DNA of 42,175 nt from Octopus bimaculoides (Eukaryota): positions 129,242,439-129,284,613 of the forward strand of contig NC_068981.1 in assembly GCF_001194135.2 (NCBI RefSeq), read 5' to 3'. Positions within the stretch are counted from its first letter, which is position 1, and every line of letters starts with the position of its first letter. The notes below the pieces were generated by a model that saw only the letters and a program-made list of their open reading frames with translations, had not been told where the DNA came from and did no database searches. This document shows, in pieces, positions 23,946 through 38,284 of the stretch. The translations under genes and the position numbers were made by a program.

Positions 23946-26900
23946 GGATTATGATTATATTCCATATAGAAAAATAGTTAGAAACAATGAAGGAAAGAAC
24001 AAAAAAAAAACACTAAGATGATTTTTCATCTACACCATCTCTGTGAATGCTCCATGTTTGCTACCTCTTTTAGAGAGGCTGTTGATATGGCTGCTGTCAC
24101 TCTGTGTGCTAGAAATCTTTATTGCTCCCACTCTAGGAATGGTATGCACTGGGGTTGCTACCACTTTAGGAACAGTGACACTTGGTTGTTATATGTATAT
24201 TTTGAAACACTCCTTGAATGTATGTGATGGTGTGATGAGCAGTTTTTCTGTTTCCTTTCACGGAGGCACACATCCACACTTTTGTTATATCAATTATATT
24301 TAAATGATAATGGTAATAAAAATGAAATGTAATTTGCATTAGATTTTATTTTAACTTCCAAACATTAAACCAAGTGTCATGTTTGATCTTCATCATTTAC
24401 AATTCCCTCTATCATTCTCAATCTACTAAATCCATTAACAGGTCATATATTTCACTGTCATATGTGATTATCTAACACAGTATCATATTCACTGAAGTGT
24501 TATGTTGAGCCTGTCTGTTAATGTCTAAATTGTCACATTTTACGTACATCATATGTAATCATTAAGAACAGATATAATGTGTGTAATGAAGTGTCTTGAA
24601 GTGAAATTAGCTATAAATAATACCTTATAATGCACCGAGTTAAAACTCCCTTAGATGGAAAATTGGTAGATAGCTGCCTGTAGGATACAAAACATGCGTC
24701 TTCTGTAACACAGACTTACTACCCATTACACTAAAGCAGTCTCTCTTCTTTCTTACATCAAATATTTCTCAATGCTGCTACATTTCCATTCTAAACGTTA
24801 ACAAACTTTCTTGATGGTAAGATTTAGAGCATTTAATTTGATGGAAAAAAGACAGGAAGCTGCTTTACTGTAATTGGTAGCACATCTGGCTGGTTTGGGT
24901 CTTGCGAGTAGCTTTCTGACTTTTTTCCATTCTAAGGCTTTTTAACTCAATGTATTATAAGCTATAATTTATTGCTCAATTTGCTTCAAGATACATCATT
25001 AATAAAGACTTATTTACATAATTCTCAATGCTATTACATTTGCATTCTAAATGTAAGCACAATATATGTTTAAAACAGCAGTTCATTGCTGCACAAGCTT
25101 TTTAAGTAATAGAAGCTTTAGTACCTCTGTTTTCTTTTAATATAACTTAGTACTGCATGCAGTTGTGTAAGTAAGCTACCTGGTTTCAGTTTGTGGCTGG
25201 AAACCATGTCATATACATAACTAATATCTCTTGGAAAAGCATGAGTGGTACTATTCTCATTTTTGCCAACTAAGAATTCAATAGGGTTAATAACCCATTG
25301 ATGAATACTGTTGATTGTAGATGATCAATAAGAAAACTGAGTCATCAGATCTATCTATGTATGAAAATAAAATGTATAATTTATAAGCCATTACTATTTT
25401 GTAAGCTGAAGATACATTTTTCATGTTAAATCTCCAACATACTGTCAAAACAAGAAGACATCATATCCTGTGACTGGCGCTGCACTATGTCCAGAGCCTA
25501 GATACCTAACCTCCAAACACCCCAGTCCACCAAGCTGTTTGATTTCATGCTGAAATGGTTCACTTTGCTGTTGCATTCAATGGCAGCAGTATAAAACTGG
25601 TGACTGTTTTGTTAGCATCCTCTCATGAGTATAGTTTGGAGTAGAATGACATATTCTTAAAAGCTTCTTCCATGACCCAATGGCTTATAGGACTCACCAC
25701 CACTAACACCATAATAGTTACATAATATAGTTACATGTAAGTTACATTACTGCATGGAACAATTCCACAAAGCCGTAATCAACTAATAAATTCCTGTAAG
25801 TCAGTGAAACATCATCAGTAAACTACTGTAACCATTACATTAAATATTGTCAGAGCTATATTTTGGATGCCTTTCTTTTTTTTCTTCTTTTCTTTCTTTC
25901 TTATATTAACCTGTATGGCAGTAGAATGGTTATGCCTAGCAATGTTGTTCAAATCCTGCCATGACAAACTTTATTTTTCATTTTTCCAGGGCTGATAAAT
26001 AAGTAATCAAATCAGTCACATTGATGATATTCCTGTTCCAAAATGGTAGCCATTTGCCAGTGTTTCTTTCTTCGTTCTTTGTTTGCTTTTGCATCTGTTT
26101 TTCCATGCTACAATGAGTATGATGAATTGCAGCTGGACACTCTTCCTCTCACTCAAATTGCTGCCAAAGCATCAGATGCAAAATGAAAGCCAGGCATGTT
26201 GAGTAAGCTAACATACACAGCCAGCACACTTGGAAGATGGCAGCTGTAGTGGGGCCTTAATGTGCAGACAGATACAAAGGTGGTGAAAGCATGTACCCCT
26301 GTTGAAAGCCAAAAAAGGGAGAGCACAACAATGACCCTTCCAGCACAGTCTTGTCCAATCACCAAGATCCTAAATATCAATAAGAACTTTTAGACTGGTA
26401 AACATAGAGTAAGAGACGGCTCCCTTCAGGCCAATATTTTGACCTGGTTATTGTTGTTGTTTAGCCTCAGTTTATGCTGGTCATCAAAGGCATTTAGGCT
26501 ATGACTATCCATCTTTTTTTTTTTATGAACAGAAAACCCCAAATCACCTTTATGTCCTTTTCTAAGATGGCAGTGTGCAAGTTGAGAAGGATTTTTAATA
26601 GATTGAGTGAGCACACAAATCATCCCTCATTGGCTCATTTTTGACACAGTTTAACTTTTTTCTAATTATATTGTATGAAATACATTAGCTGTATCTTTCA
26701 ATTAATGGTGAAAATAATCATAACAGTGGGTAACTGGAAAGATGATAGAGATGGAGGTGACAAGATGCCAGAGCTTCTCAAGATACCAGAAGGTAATGAG
26801 ATAGGAGCAGTAGGAAAGAGACAAGAGATGAGGAGTACACTCAAGTTAAAGGAAGTATATATATAACTGAAGGGGGACCAAGGATTGGATAGGGTGTATT

Positions 26901-27297
26901 GTTGGGTAAGTTTGCAAGATTACAAAGCGAGAGGTGGAGGGGAAGGAATGTAGTGAGTGAACAGAAATAGAGGAAGGGGGTTTTAGGAGGATATGTGGGG
27001 AAGAAATCTAACAGGGGTGATTGGGAGATAGAGGGGATGTAGGTACAGCAACTGGTGAGCACAAGTAGGGGTGGGGACGTGCCTTTATGGCCTCAATTTT
27101 ACTGAGCTGGACAGGTCTTCTCAAGCATAGCAAATTACCAGTCATCTTGGTCCTTTATCATCTCTGGAAGACTCGGATTCTTTGGATCATTTTTCATCAC
27201 TTCATCCCGTGCCTTCCTGGATCTTCCTCTTCCACATTTAGAGATCAGCACTTCTTATGTAACTATCTTCATTTGTATACATCATATGACCATACTA

Positions 27298-27525
27298 TTG
27301 GGTTGTCTGGAAAGTACGTGCCGATTTTTAAAGGAAAGAAAAAGGTCAATAAATACTTGCCATTACATTTTTAATCAACCAAATATGAACCATTTTGCTC
27401 CACAATGCGTCTCCATCTTTACTTTAACTTGAAAATACCCTCTTCCCAGAACTGAGGTGGTTTCATGTCAAATAAGTCGAAAGGTAAGCTACTATAAATC
27501 GGCACAAACTTTCCGGACAACCCAA
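27298..27525 (-). mobile_element. 228-bp mariner-derived MITE
   Basis: TA TSDs 27296-27297 and 27526-27527; TIRs TTGGGTTGTCTGGAAAGTACGTGCCGATTT / AAATCGGCACAAACTTTCCGGACAACCCAA; retains transposase C-terminus PQFWEEGIFKLK*RWRRIVEQNGSYLVD*. Confidence 0.93.
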
Positions 27526-27942
27526 TAGTGCAGTCTTCTCCCTTGCATATTACATCTGATAACTCTATACCAAATTTTTCTCTCAATACATTAACACTTT
27601 GTTGCACAGCCATTTCTTTCAAGCTTTCACATTTCCTCAGCATTCACAGCCCACTTTCTTTGTTAACCTTCCTGTGATTCCGCTGCAACTCTTATGTGCC
27701 CGTAGCTTGCAATGGGTACATTCAATAGAATTTCTACCGACACCTTTCTTACATATCAAGTAGAGTTATTTCCTTGAAAAGATTAGTAATTTGTCTGCTT
27801 TCCTGCTGACTAGTACTTTGATCTTTGCTAAATTAACTCTAAGGGCCTTTGATTCCAGACCTTGCTTCCACACTTGAAATTTCTTCTCTAATTCTACTTT
27901 AGACCCCCTTCCTACATGACCTAATTAATCATACAGGTGACT

Positions 27943-28327
27943 GTTGTTGTTGGCACTCCGTCGCTTACGACGTTGAGGGTTCCAGTTGATCCGATCAACG
28001 GAACAGCCTGCTCGTGAAATTAACGTGCAAGTGGCTGAGCACTCCACAGACATGTGTACCCTTAACGTAGTTCTCGGGGATATTCAGCGTGACACAGTGT
28101 GACAAGGCTGGCCCTTTGAAATACAGGTACAACAGAAACAGGAAGTAAGAGTGAGAGAAAGTTGTGGTGAAAGAGTACAGCAGGGTTCACCACCATCCCC
28201 TGCCGGAGCCTCATGGAACTATGTGTTTTCGCTCAATAAACACTCACAATGCCCGGTCTGGGAATCGAAACCGTGATCCTATGACCGCGAGTTCACTGCC
28301 CTAACCACTGGGCCATTGCGCCTCCAC
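27943..28327 (-). mobile_element. Full-length tRNA-derived SINE (family A)
   Basis: Perfect 13-bp TSD CATACAGGTGACT at 27930-27942 and 28328-28340; (CAA)n tail. Confidence 0.95.
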
Positions 28328-29267
28328 CATACAGGTGACTAAGGCGTATCAAACTCCACCAGATATTTTAAGCACTCAGCAGTAATTCTTCATGGGCCAG
28401 GGGCTTTCTTTATTTTCATATCCTTAAGTTTCTATTCTACCATGCAGCTGGTAACTGGTCCCTCTTTGGATCCACATTAGGAAAACTCTCCTTTTCCTAT
28501 ACATTTTCAACATTGGCAGCCTTTCATAGTGGCACATCCATGGATCTTCGTTTCAGAGTCACTATGTGCAAGTGTATTATTATCCATCCAAACACACTTC
28601 TCTCCTACATGATTTTTTCTGACACACTGTCATGCAATTAAGAACATCTCATGCCACATAACATTAGCAAATTTCTTCCTTTCTGTTTCTCCCCCCAGCT
28701 AAATATATGTTTTTCTTCTAGCTAAATATGTTTCTCTGCTACCCAATTCTTCTAGTCCTTCCAGGCCTGTTTCTTTGCTTTTATGTCATTGTCTCCTTCA
28801 CTGTTCCACCACCATAGGTCTGGCTGGTACTTTGGTTTATGGCCCTTAGTAGGATGCATGTGTATGTATATACACACACATATGCAACAACAGCAGCCGT
28901 AACACCATCAGCACAAGGGCACAGATACAGGAATATGTCGGTTTTACAGGCATCATCAAGCATTCCTTTAGAATACCAGAGAGATGTGACATCAATTCCC
29001 TGGGCAGCTACATATGGTGTTTAAAAGACAAAGGTACACCATACATAATTAAATGGAGACTCCTAGAACCCCAACTGTACCTGAACAGGAGTAAACAACA
29101 AGCTTTGCCAGGTCAAAAGAACAAGAAACCTGAAAAACTCACTTAACCTGGAGACCTTCAGAAAAGAAATGTTTAGTCAGTGTCCTCATGAGAGAAAATT
29201 CATGTTAAAAACATGGAATTCTCCATTTGCCAACTAGGAAAATGCTACAAGCAGAGGTCATGGACAT

Positions 29268-29652
29268 TGTTGTTGTTGGCACTCCATCGCTTACGACGTC
29301 GAGGGTTCCAGTTGATCCGATCAACGGAACAGCCTGCTCGTGAAATTAACGTGCAAGTGGCTGAGCACTCCACAGACACGTGTACACTTAACATAGTTCT
29401 CAGGGATATTCAGCATGACACAGTGTGACAAGGCTGACCCTTAGAATTACAGGCACAACAGAAACAAGTAAGAGTGAGAGAAAGTTGTGGTGAAAGAGTA
29501 CAGCAGGGTTCATCACCATACCCTGCCGGGGCCTTGTGGAGCTTTAGGTGTTTTTGCTCAATAAACACTCACAACGCCCGGTTCGGGAATCGAAACCGCG
29601 ATCGTATGACCCTGAGTCCGCTGCCTTAACCACTGGGCCATTGTGCCTCCAC
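29268..29652 (-). mobile_element. Full-length tRNA-derived SINE (family A)
   Basis: 9-bp TSD CATGGACAT at 29259-29267 and 29653-29661. Confidence 0.95.
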
Positions 29653-30489
29653 CATGGACATAACTGGAAGCAGTCTAATGAGGATAATTCTGCCTTGTCC
29701 AAGGTTCTGCCAGTAGAATTTTGTTCTGGAATTTTTGTTTACAAAATTAACTGACCATGCTGTTTTCCTTCTAGTTGTAGAAAGGTTATGTGCCTCCAGT
29801 TTAAGTTACCTATAGTAGAAATGTGCCCAAAGTGCTGTACAGTGGGAGTGAACCCAAAACCAAATAGGTTGGGAAGCAAGCTTTTCAGCCACAAGTCATA
29901 TTTAAATCAAAATCTTTAGTAAAATCTCGTATTTCATGACAGCACAAGGACAAATTTCTTGTTGATAGCAAATCTATTATTTTTGTGAGTAAAGAGATGA
30001 GATTGATTGAGCAATTGACCCTTAACAGAAAGGAAGCATTTCATGATAGCAAGTTGAACATTTTTGTTGCTTTTTTTTTTTTTCAATGAGGAAAAAGAAA
30101 AAGACATAACAGCTTGAAAATTTTATTTTACAAAATCATATCCATCAAGAAATTGTCAACAAGATTAACCAAAACAATAAAGAAAAGAACAATTCTGTAG
30201 TTGGCACTAAAACTGGGCAATAAGTAATAAAGCTGTGACCCATTATTCTGTGTGTGTGTGTTTAGCTAAGTTATCTAATTCTTTTATTCTTTAACTTTCA
30301 TTCATTGGACTGTGGCCATACTGCCTTCAAGGATTCACTCAACCACAAGTATTTTATAGTATGGTACTTATTTATTAATTTCTGTTTGCTGAACTGCTAT
30401 GTTAGGGGACACATAAAGGGATCTAACATAAACTACACTGGTTTTAAACCATGAACTCTTACACACATACTATATATACACACACACAC

Positions 30490-30655
30490 GATGGGCTTCT
30501 AAACAGTTTCCATCTAGGAAATTCCACTCACAAAGTTAACTGGTTGACCAGAGGCTGTTGTAGAAGACACTTGCCCAGAGTGCCACACAGTGGGATCCAA
30601 CAAAAAGCATGTGATTATAAAGTGCAATTCTTAGCCCACATAAACAGCCTGTTTA
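30490..30655 (-). mobile_element. Family D SINE head fragment (another at about 29810-29895)
   Basis: Reverse complement contains CCCACTGTGTGGCACTCTGGGCAAGTGTCTTCTAC, matching heads at 930-975 and 11820-11860. Confidence 0.6.
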
Positions 30656-33600
30656 GAAAAATAGTTCTGCACAAAAGTAGCAAAGAAAAACACTACTCCA
30701 AAAGGTGGTGTAGAGAGTTGTTACCATGCAGAGTTTTGGAAATATCTATAAAGAGCTTATTACACCTAGACACACACATATGGACACAATTTATAAATGT
30801 ACATAGCAGAAGTGTGAAAGCTGTTTAAGTAATGAAGTCATAACATAAACAGATACAGAACTGTTCTTTAAATTATACCTAGTATAGCTGAAAGTGTTAG
30901 ACCGAAATAATCAAGATGGCATCTCTTGAGCAGAAAATACAATTGGGAAACAGCTGTTAAAGGTTTTGGCTTAGTAACAATTATGGAAGCTAAAAGAATT
31001 TGTCAACTAGTCTATCTTTTACATCATTGGCTTGTAACACCTTAACCTTTCAAACAACACCACTAGTAGGTTCATACCCTAATATTGGCTACTGGGGTCT
31101 CTCAACAATTCTGGATGACAAACTTGTAGCACAAGATGTGGTATTGATAGCTAGTTGTTGAATCCTCTATCTAGACCATTAAGTTGGCCTTCCAACAGTT
31201 CACAAAAATAAACTTCTAATTTCAAGAGCCAGAAAATATTGCAGAAGGAAAGGAAATTTTAATTTAATTTTATTTTCAATATAATGTCTTTAAAATATAT
31301 TGTATAACTTTAAAATTTTAAGAACAAAGATATTTTGGAAAATGTTTTTGACGAGTGGGGCATTTTCTTTTCTTTCAACCAGTTCATCTGGTATTTTTAT
31401 TTTTGTTTTTCTTTACAAGTATATAAAGAGATGTTCAAATAAGTACATCAACTAAGATAACTAGGACTCATTGGGATAAAAAAATAATTTTAAAAAACAT
31501 CAAGAAAGGAACAAATTGCATTTTGCATGATAAGTTGATATTTGAGTTTGTGATTGAACAGCATCTTAGAGTTAGGGCAAATTACCATGTTAAAAAGCCT
31601 GAAAAATAAATCTGAAAGAAATTCACCCAACACCCTTTTATACAGGTATGCTGTTAAGACTTCAAAAATTCAGAAAAAATATGTCATCCATTCATAAAAT
31701 CTTTAAAAAATAAAAGAACAAAACATTGGTTTGATGTAGATCAACCAAGATCACATATCCCCTTGAAAAGTATAAGATGTAAAAATCAGGGAAATACTAT
31801 GTTATATATGTCTGTGTGTTGTGTGTGCATATGAATGTTAGTGTATTGATATATGTATGTAGCAAACCTGAGAGTTTGTTGAGGGGTGTCAGACATACAA
31901 TAATTTCATTGTCTTTTATGAAGTAGAGATGGATTAAAAAATATTAATTAAATTGACAGAGCAGTGTAACCGTCTAGTTACTTTAGAGCAGATATACTAG
32001 TGGAATATAAGAGAAGAAGAGATCCAAAATAGGATAGAAATGAAATCAAGTTCCCAACACAATAATAATGTAGACAGAAGAAAGATGATATAACAACCTG
32101 ATTAAAGAGACAATTGGAATAGAATGTGTATATAACACAGCAACCAACTTGAAAAGTCCACACAACTAATATATACAAGACATGCAAGAGAGAGAAAAAA
32201 AAGACTGAAGTAACAGTCTTCAAAAAGTGTCCACAATATTTGAAGCATCGCTTTTATGCAGCAACTCTCAAATACCAACTCCATGTACTTAAAAGCAATA
32301 TACAGCAGAAAATGTCTAGCTATTCAAGAATATTCAAAACTGTTTGAATTAGTTTCTGACAGCACAGACCAAAATAACTTGCATCATGACATATATAAAA
32401 TATATATATACATACCAGATGGCACTAAATAAAACTCCTGTTATCTTACAATTCTGTGGAAATTTGCAACCCCCACCTATTTCAATACTGATACAATTCT
32501 TAAAGTAATTGATTGCTCCACAAAATTATTTGGTGATTGAATAGAAAATACCAAATTCTATTCTCAAGTGCTTCTAAATACCAAACAAATTGTTTTTTTA
32601 TTTTCCTTCAATATTTACAATCAAACCATGCTCCAAAAATGACTGAAGCATAGAAAAATACCAGAAACTCATACTGTAGACATCGACAAAGAACTAAGAA
32701 AATCTACAATTAAATAGTATATCTTACATTTATACATTTGATAAAATGTATATCTGACATTTATACATTTGATAAAATAATGAAATATCGTTATTGACAC
32801 TACGATAATAATGAAAAAATTAAGAAAAAATCGTTTTCCACCAAAAGCCAGAGAAGCAAAAGTTGATGGAAAGATAATAATAAAAAAAAAAGTGTGCTGC
32901 TGTATCTGCAACTTTCACAGAGTTGCCAGTGGACTGAATTGGTTTGAATGTCAAGTAATTATTGAATAGTCTCAGAAAGGTATGCAGCACATGACAGATA
33001 CCTGCCGCTATTAGGAAAATTTCAATGGCAGAAATTATCTGCTCCCCAAAAACTTGATATTCAACCACAAGAATAGATTGTGTGGAAGCTAAGTTGGTCA
33101 TCTGACCTCATATTTGCCAGTTAGTAGGTTAGATTGTGAACACATACACACACACAAACATACATACACACATGCATGCAATTACTTTTGCTCACCTTTG
33201 GTTTATCATTTCATTATGAAAGGGATGAAGAGAGATCTCCAAGTAGTTTTTAGACTGCACAGAATATTAACTTCATCTTTTGTGGGTTTTTAATGATCCC
33301 ACCACCATATTTTAATCATTATAGTCTCATTTCTTCCCAATGTTGAACTCTGTAAGTTGTAATAAAGGTTTAGGTGTTTAGTCCTATCCAAAGGAAATAT
33401 TTACATAGAATATTGCACCTGAAGACTTGCAGAGAATATATTGACCAAAGAATATAAATAATAACCCAAAAGATTAGTTTCAACCTTTACCACTCATTAA
33501 GTGAGAAACAGAAATGTAATTAAGAGGTTATGTTCTCAAAACCAGATGTGAAGGATAGGATGTTAAAATAAAAATTAAAAAAAACTTTACTTCATTTTAC

Positions 33601-34619
33601 CAACTCTACCAAAAGTTGGAATAAATTGTGTAATCCAGGTTTAAAAAAATGACATGTCACAACATTAATATAACTCAACATCATATTGTGATTCATTATA
33701 TACAATCATAAAAGATGTGTACCAAAATTGTAGCTGACATGTATCAAATCAATTGTGCTCTTATGCATTGGTTTTTCATGAATGTTCAAAAGAAGCGGGT
33801 TCAAGTAACATGGGAAGATTTAGTGTGAACAAAAAAGGGTGGAGTGGGTAGGGTAGATAAATACAGAGATTATAAAAAATGTGAGCGATAAATTAGATGT
33901 AAAGGTGGTTTGTTTAACAAAAAAAAAAAAAAATCTGACTCCTTTTTTGTACCAAACAGATTGTAACCTTATATGTGGAAAAGTAATTTTTTTTTTTATT
34001 ACATATCAATAAAAAAAACAGTAATGGTCTAACATAAACCACAGCTAATTATAAATGTGCTTGAGTGACAGTAAGGTTAGACACAAAAGAGACTTGAACT
34101 AAAGTGCTGATGTTTACAAAGATGAAATTACTAAAAGAAAGCATTTTAGAACAATATGCATCTCTATGGGTATGTTTCCAACCTAAGTAGAATATTAACC
34201 CATATATTTGTGAAATCAACTTCATAAATAAAAGACCACGAAGAGCAAGTAAAACTGAGTTTGAAAGTAAAACTTATCCAAAGGTGTGTATCATTGGATG
34301 GAAGAAATTTTAGACATTATCCAAATAACAGTGTTGAAGGAGCAGTTAACCCTTTCATTACCAACCTATCTGAAGTACTCTAGAAAATTAAAGAAAATTT
34401 ACAAGTTGCTTAGATTTGTGCATCTGTCATGTAAAACCATGACTCAAGGGAATAACTATAATTGATGCTTTTGGTACGGTCTATGGTAAAACAGTAACAA
34501 TTCCCAATGAAATTGCTTAATGGTTATTTTATATTTGAATATATTCATACTATTAACAGAAAAATGTTAAAACAGTCCAAAATGGTGAAGTCCAGTACTG
34601 TCACTGCATCAAGCAGTTG

Positions 34620-34865
34620 TTGTTATACACTGCTGGTCAAAATGCACTTCCTTGCATTATTGTAACTTTTGAATGATTCCAGCCCACTGGCTAGGTAAAC
34701 AGGCCAGCATTCCCCATGAACAGAACAGCAGTCCATTGCAGTGTTACCCATTTACAGCTAAGTGGATTAAAGCAACATGAAGTTAACACAATGCACCACC
34801 AACCTGGGAATCAAAACCACAATCTTATGATCATGAGTGCAACATCTTAACGAGTAGGCCACACA
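34620..34865 (-). mobile_element. Old degenerate tRNA-headed SINE
   Basis: Reverse complement GTGGCCTACTCGTTAAGATGTTGCACTCATGATCATAAGATTGTGGTTTTGATTCCCAGG. Confidence 0.55.
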
Positions 34866-36129
34866 TTTTTACCCATATTTTAGATCTTCAAAATATCTAT
34901 TCTCAGCAATTCTACATTGACTGAGGATTCTTGCTCCATCAAGAAATTAAATCTAAACTATTCAATATCAAAAACATACTGATAGGTAAAATAAACCCCC
35001 TCATACTAATGAATGATACAAGTGTTCATTTTGTCAAGTTGTTTACCTAATTTTATAACAAAGTTAGAAATAAAAAATTAGAAAGCTTCAGGAACAGTAG
35101 AATTAGCTACATTTGGTAAAAGAGTCAGAACAAAATTTTGATTTACTGTTTAAAAAAATAAATAAATAATAAGAGAGCTGATCTATTTCAAATATGAATA
35201 TTAAGAATTAAGCTCACTGGAAAAAGTCTGAAAATATTAGAGGCGAACAGAATGTATTTTTAACCTAAGTTTTGAGAATAAAGGAGAATTATTGCACAAT
35301 AAAACAAAGAAGGGAAGCAATCTAAAAAATTACATTACATAAATATATTTTAATGAGTATGACATGACATGCTATAAATTTGGAAGTAAAGGGGGAGAAA
35401 AGAAAAAAATGACAAGTTTTGGCACACCCAAACAGGAGATGACAATGAGGGGGAAAGTAATGGACGGCGAGCAGATTGGTTGATAGCAATAAGGTTTTAT
35501 AAATAACTAGGTTTTACATTTGACTAGAACTAAGCATCAAACCAAAATGGGAAATTTTAGGGAAACAGATTAATCAACATAAGCAAAAACATTAGCTTTA
35601 TGTATTTTGTGGGCATATAAAAAAAAAAATTGAAAAGGAAACAATTACAATTAATAAAAACTGGACCACTTACAGAGAAAACTCAATTGTGTTGTCCATG
35701 ATATAACAGAAAAAAAATATAGATTACAGTTACAGCAGGGCAATAAAGAGAAGATAACTCATGGAGAACTGGAGTGTAAGAAAAACGATGGTAGAGTGGG
35801 GAGAAATACAAAAATAATATAGAGCACCATACTGATTGCTGAGCAGTGATCATGAAATTGATATATATATGTAGATTTGAATATAATGTATGTCAATATA
35901 TGGATGCTATGCATGTATACACTAAACACACATATATGCACATGTTTTTATACACATTGTATGCATTAGATATAACATTACAGATACCATAACACCTCTA
36001 TAATCATGCATACACACATACAGGGTAAAAAGTGTTCAGTTTATCATGACAAATTACATCATAACTAAACCACTGCGTATGTTCATGGTTTCAACACTCA
36101 CAAAATGTATTTAAATATATTGCATAAAA

Positions 36130-37653
36130 TACACTTATGATTTTATATAAATATATGTATGCATATCCATACATGCACACATATGTGCACATTTATATGT
36201 GTATATATATACATGTACGCATGTATATCATACATATGCATATACATATATTAATACACATACATATATACATACACACACACATTCATACATTCACACA
36301 CACATATATATATATACATATACATTCACATATATATATATACATATACATTCATATATATATATACATATACATTCATATATATATATACATATACATT
36401 CATATATATATACATATACATTCATATATATATATATACATATACATTCATATATATATATATACATATACATTCATATATATATATATACATATACATT
36501 CATANNNNNNNNNNNNNNNNNNNNNNNNNNNNNNNNNNNNNNNNNNNNNNNNNNNNNNNNNNNNNNNNNNNNNNNNNNNNNNNNNNNNNNNNNNNNNNNN
36601 NNNNNNNNNNNNNNNNNNNNNNNNNNNNNNNNNNNNNNNNNNNNNNNNNNNNNNNNNNNNNNNNNNNNNNNNNNNNNNNNNNNNNNNNNNNNNNNNNNNN
36701 NNNNNNNNNNNNNNNNNNNNNNNNNNNNNNNNNNNNNNNNNNNNNNNNNNNNNNNNNNNNNNNNNNNNNNNNNNNNNNNNNNNNNNNNNNNNNNNNNNNN
36801 NNNNNNNNNNNNNNNNNNNNNNNNNNNNNNNNNNNNNNNNNNNNNNNNNNNNNNNNNNNNNNNNNNNNNNNNNNNNNNNNNNNNNNNNNNNNNNNNNNNN
36901 NNNNNNNNNNNNNNNNNNNNNNNNNNNNNNNNNNNNNNNNNNNNNNNNNNNNNNNNNNNNNNNNNNNNNNNNNNNNNNNNNNNNNNNNNNNNNNNNNNNN
37001 NNNNNNNNNNNNNNNNNNNNNNNNNNNNNNNNNNNNNNNNNNNNNNNNNNNNNNNNNNNNNNNNNNNNNNNNNNNNNNNNNNNNNNNNNNNNNNNNNNNN
37101 NNNNNNNNNNNNNNNNNNNNNNNNNNNNNNNNNNNNNNNNNNNNNNNNNNNNNNNNNNNNNNNNNNNNNNNNNNNNNNNNNNNNNNNNNNNNNNNNNNNN
37201 NNNNNNNNNNNNNNNNNNNNNNNNNNNNNNNNNNNNNNNNNNNNNNNNNNNNNNNNNNNNNNNNNNNNNNNNNNNNNNNNNNNNNNNNNNNNNNNNNNNN
37301 NNNNNNNNNNNNNNNNNNNNNNNNNNNNNNNNNNNNNNNNNNNNNNNNNNNNNNNNNNNNNNNNNNNNNNNNNNNNNNNNNNNNNNNNNNNNNNNNNNNN
37401 NNNNNNNNNNNGTATATACATACACACACACATGTATATACATATACACATACATGTATATACATATACACATACATGTATATACACATACATATATATA
37501 TATACATATACATATATATATACATACATAAACCCATACAAATACTATACATGTACACATACATATATACATGTACATATATATGTACATATATATATAT
37601 ATATATATATACATATATACGTTTGCATATATATACACACAAACATAGGTGTA

Positions 37654-37715
<62 letters not shown>

Positions 37716-37931
37716 TATATATATTATTGGCCTACATTGTCAAAACTTGTAATATTTAGCAACATCAACAAAAGGAGTACAAATGTTTCCATACATAAGT
37801 GCATGTACATGCATGCAAACATATATACATATGCATACATGTATATAGATATATACGTATATATATATTTACAGGCATGTGTGTGTGTATACAAGCATGC
37901 ACACATGTATATATACATGAACTTAGATACA

Positions 37932-37965
<34 letters not shown>

Positions 37966-38165
37966 CAGGCATGTGTGTGTATACAAGCATGCACACTAGT
38001 ATATACACATTCATGTACTTTTATACATGCAAATATTTAAATAAATGTATATACATATATATGTATGTAGATGCAGATGTATATAGATATAAATATATAT
38101 CTGTGTATAGGTATACACATATGTATAATTTGATACGCACATGTGTGTATCTGTACACATAGATA
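36130..38165. repeat. Compound (TA)/(CA) micro- and minisatellite around assembly gap N 36505-37411
   Basis: Units CATTCA(TA)nCATATA at 36320-36504; about 45-bp duplicate ..ATTTACAGGCATGTGTGTG..TATACAAGCATGCACAC near 37865 and 37960. Confidence 0.95.
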
Positions 38166-38284
38166 TTTTTCATTCACTTGTTTGTTTTTTTGTCCATTTT
38201 TCTACTTTTGCATGGATTGAATGAATATATTATCAAGACATTTACAACTATATGTCTTTCCTGTTACTAACCCTTACCCAATTT

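Larger units (their letters stand above)
26870..28700 (-). mobile_element. Decayed, internally deleted RTE-clade LINE carrying two later insertions
   Basis: Minus strand: KDMKIKKAPGP linker; LEKKFQVWKQGLESKALRVNLAKIKVLVSRK..ICKKGVGRNSIECTHCKLRAHKSCSGITGRL; LREKFGI..YGHM..GRSRKARDEVMKND..EKT; then pyrimidine-rich 3' UTR. Confidence 0.85.

Noticed and set aside
23603-23977. 124-aa ORF (and the 125-aa ORF at 30451-30828)
   Set aside because: Run through SINE fragments, with no domain motif or splice support
26170-26400. Possible plus-strand RTE/BovB C-terminal remnant
   Set aside because: Only faint motif echoes with multiple frameshifts; too weak to call
32727-32780. About 31-bp tandem duplication CATTTATACATTTGATAAAAT
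   Set aside because: Ordinary slippage duplication in AT-rich non-coding DNA
33195-33349. Coding exon of the minus-strand gene
   Set aside because: Splice-like ends are present, but all three frames contain stops; at most a UTR exon
36137-38162. ORFs of 228-517 aa rich in Y/I/H/T/C/V
   Set aside because: Translations of TA/CA microsatellites and Ns
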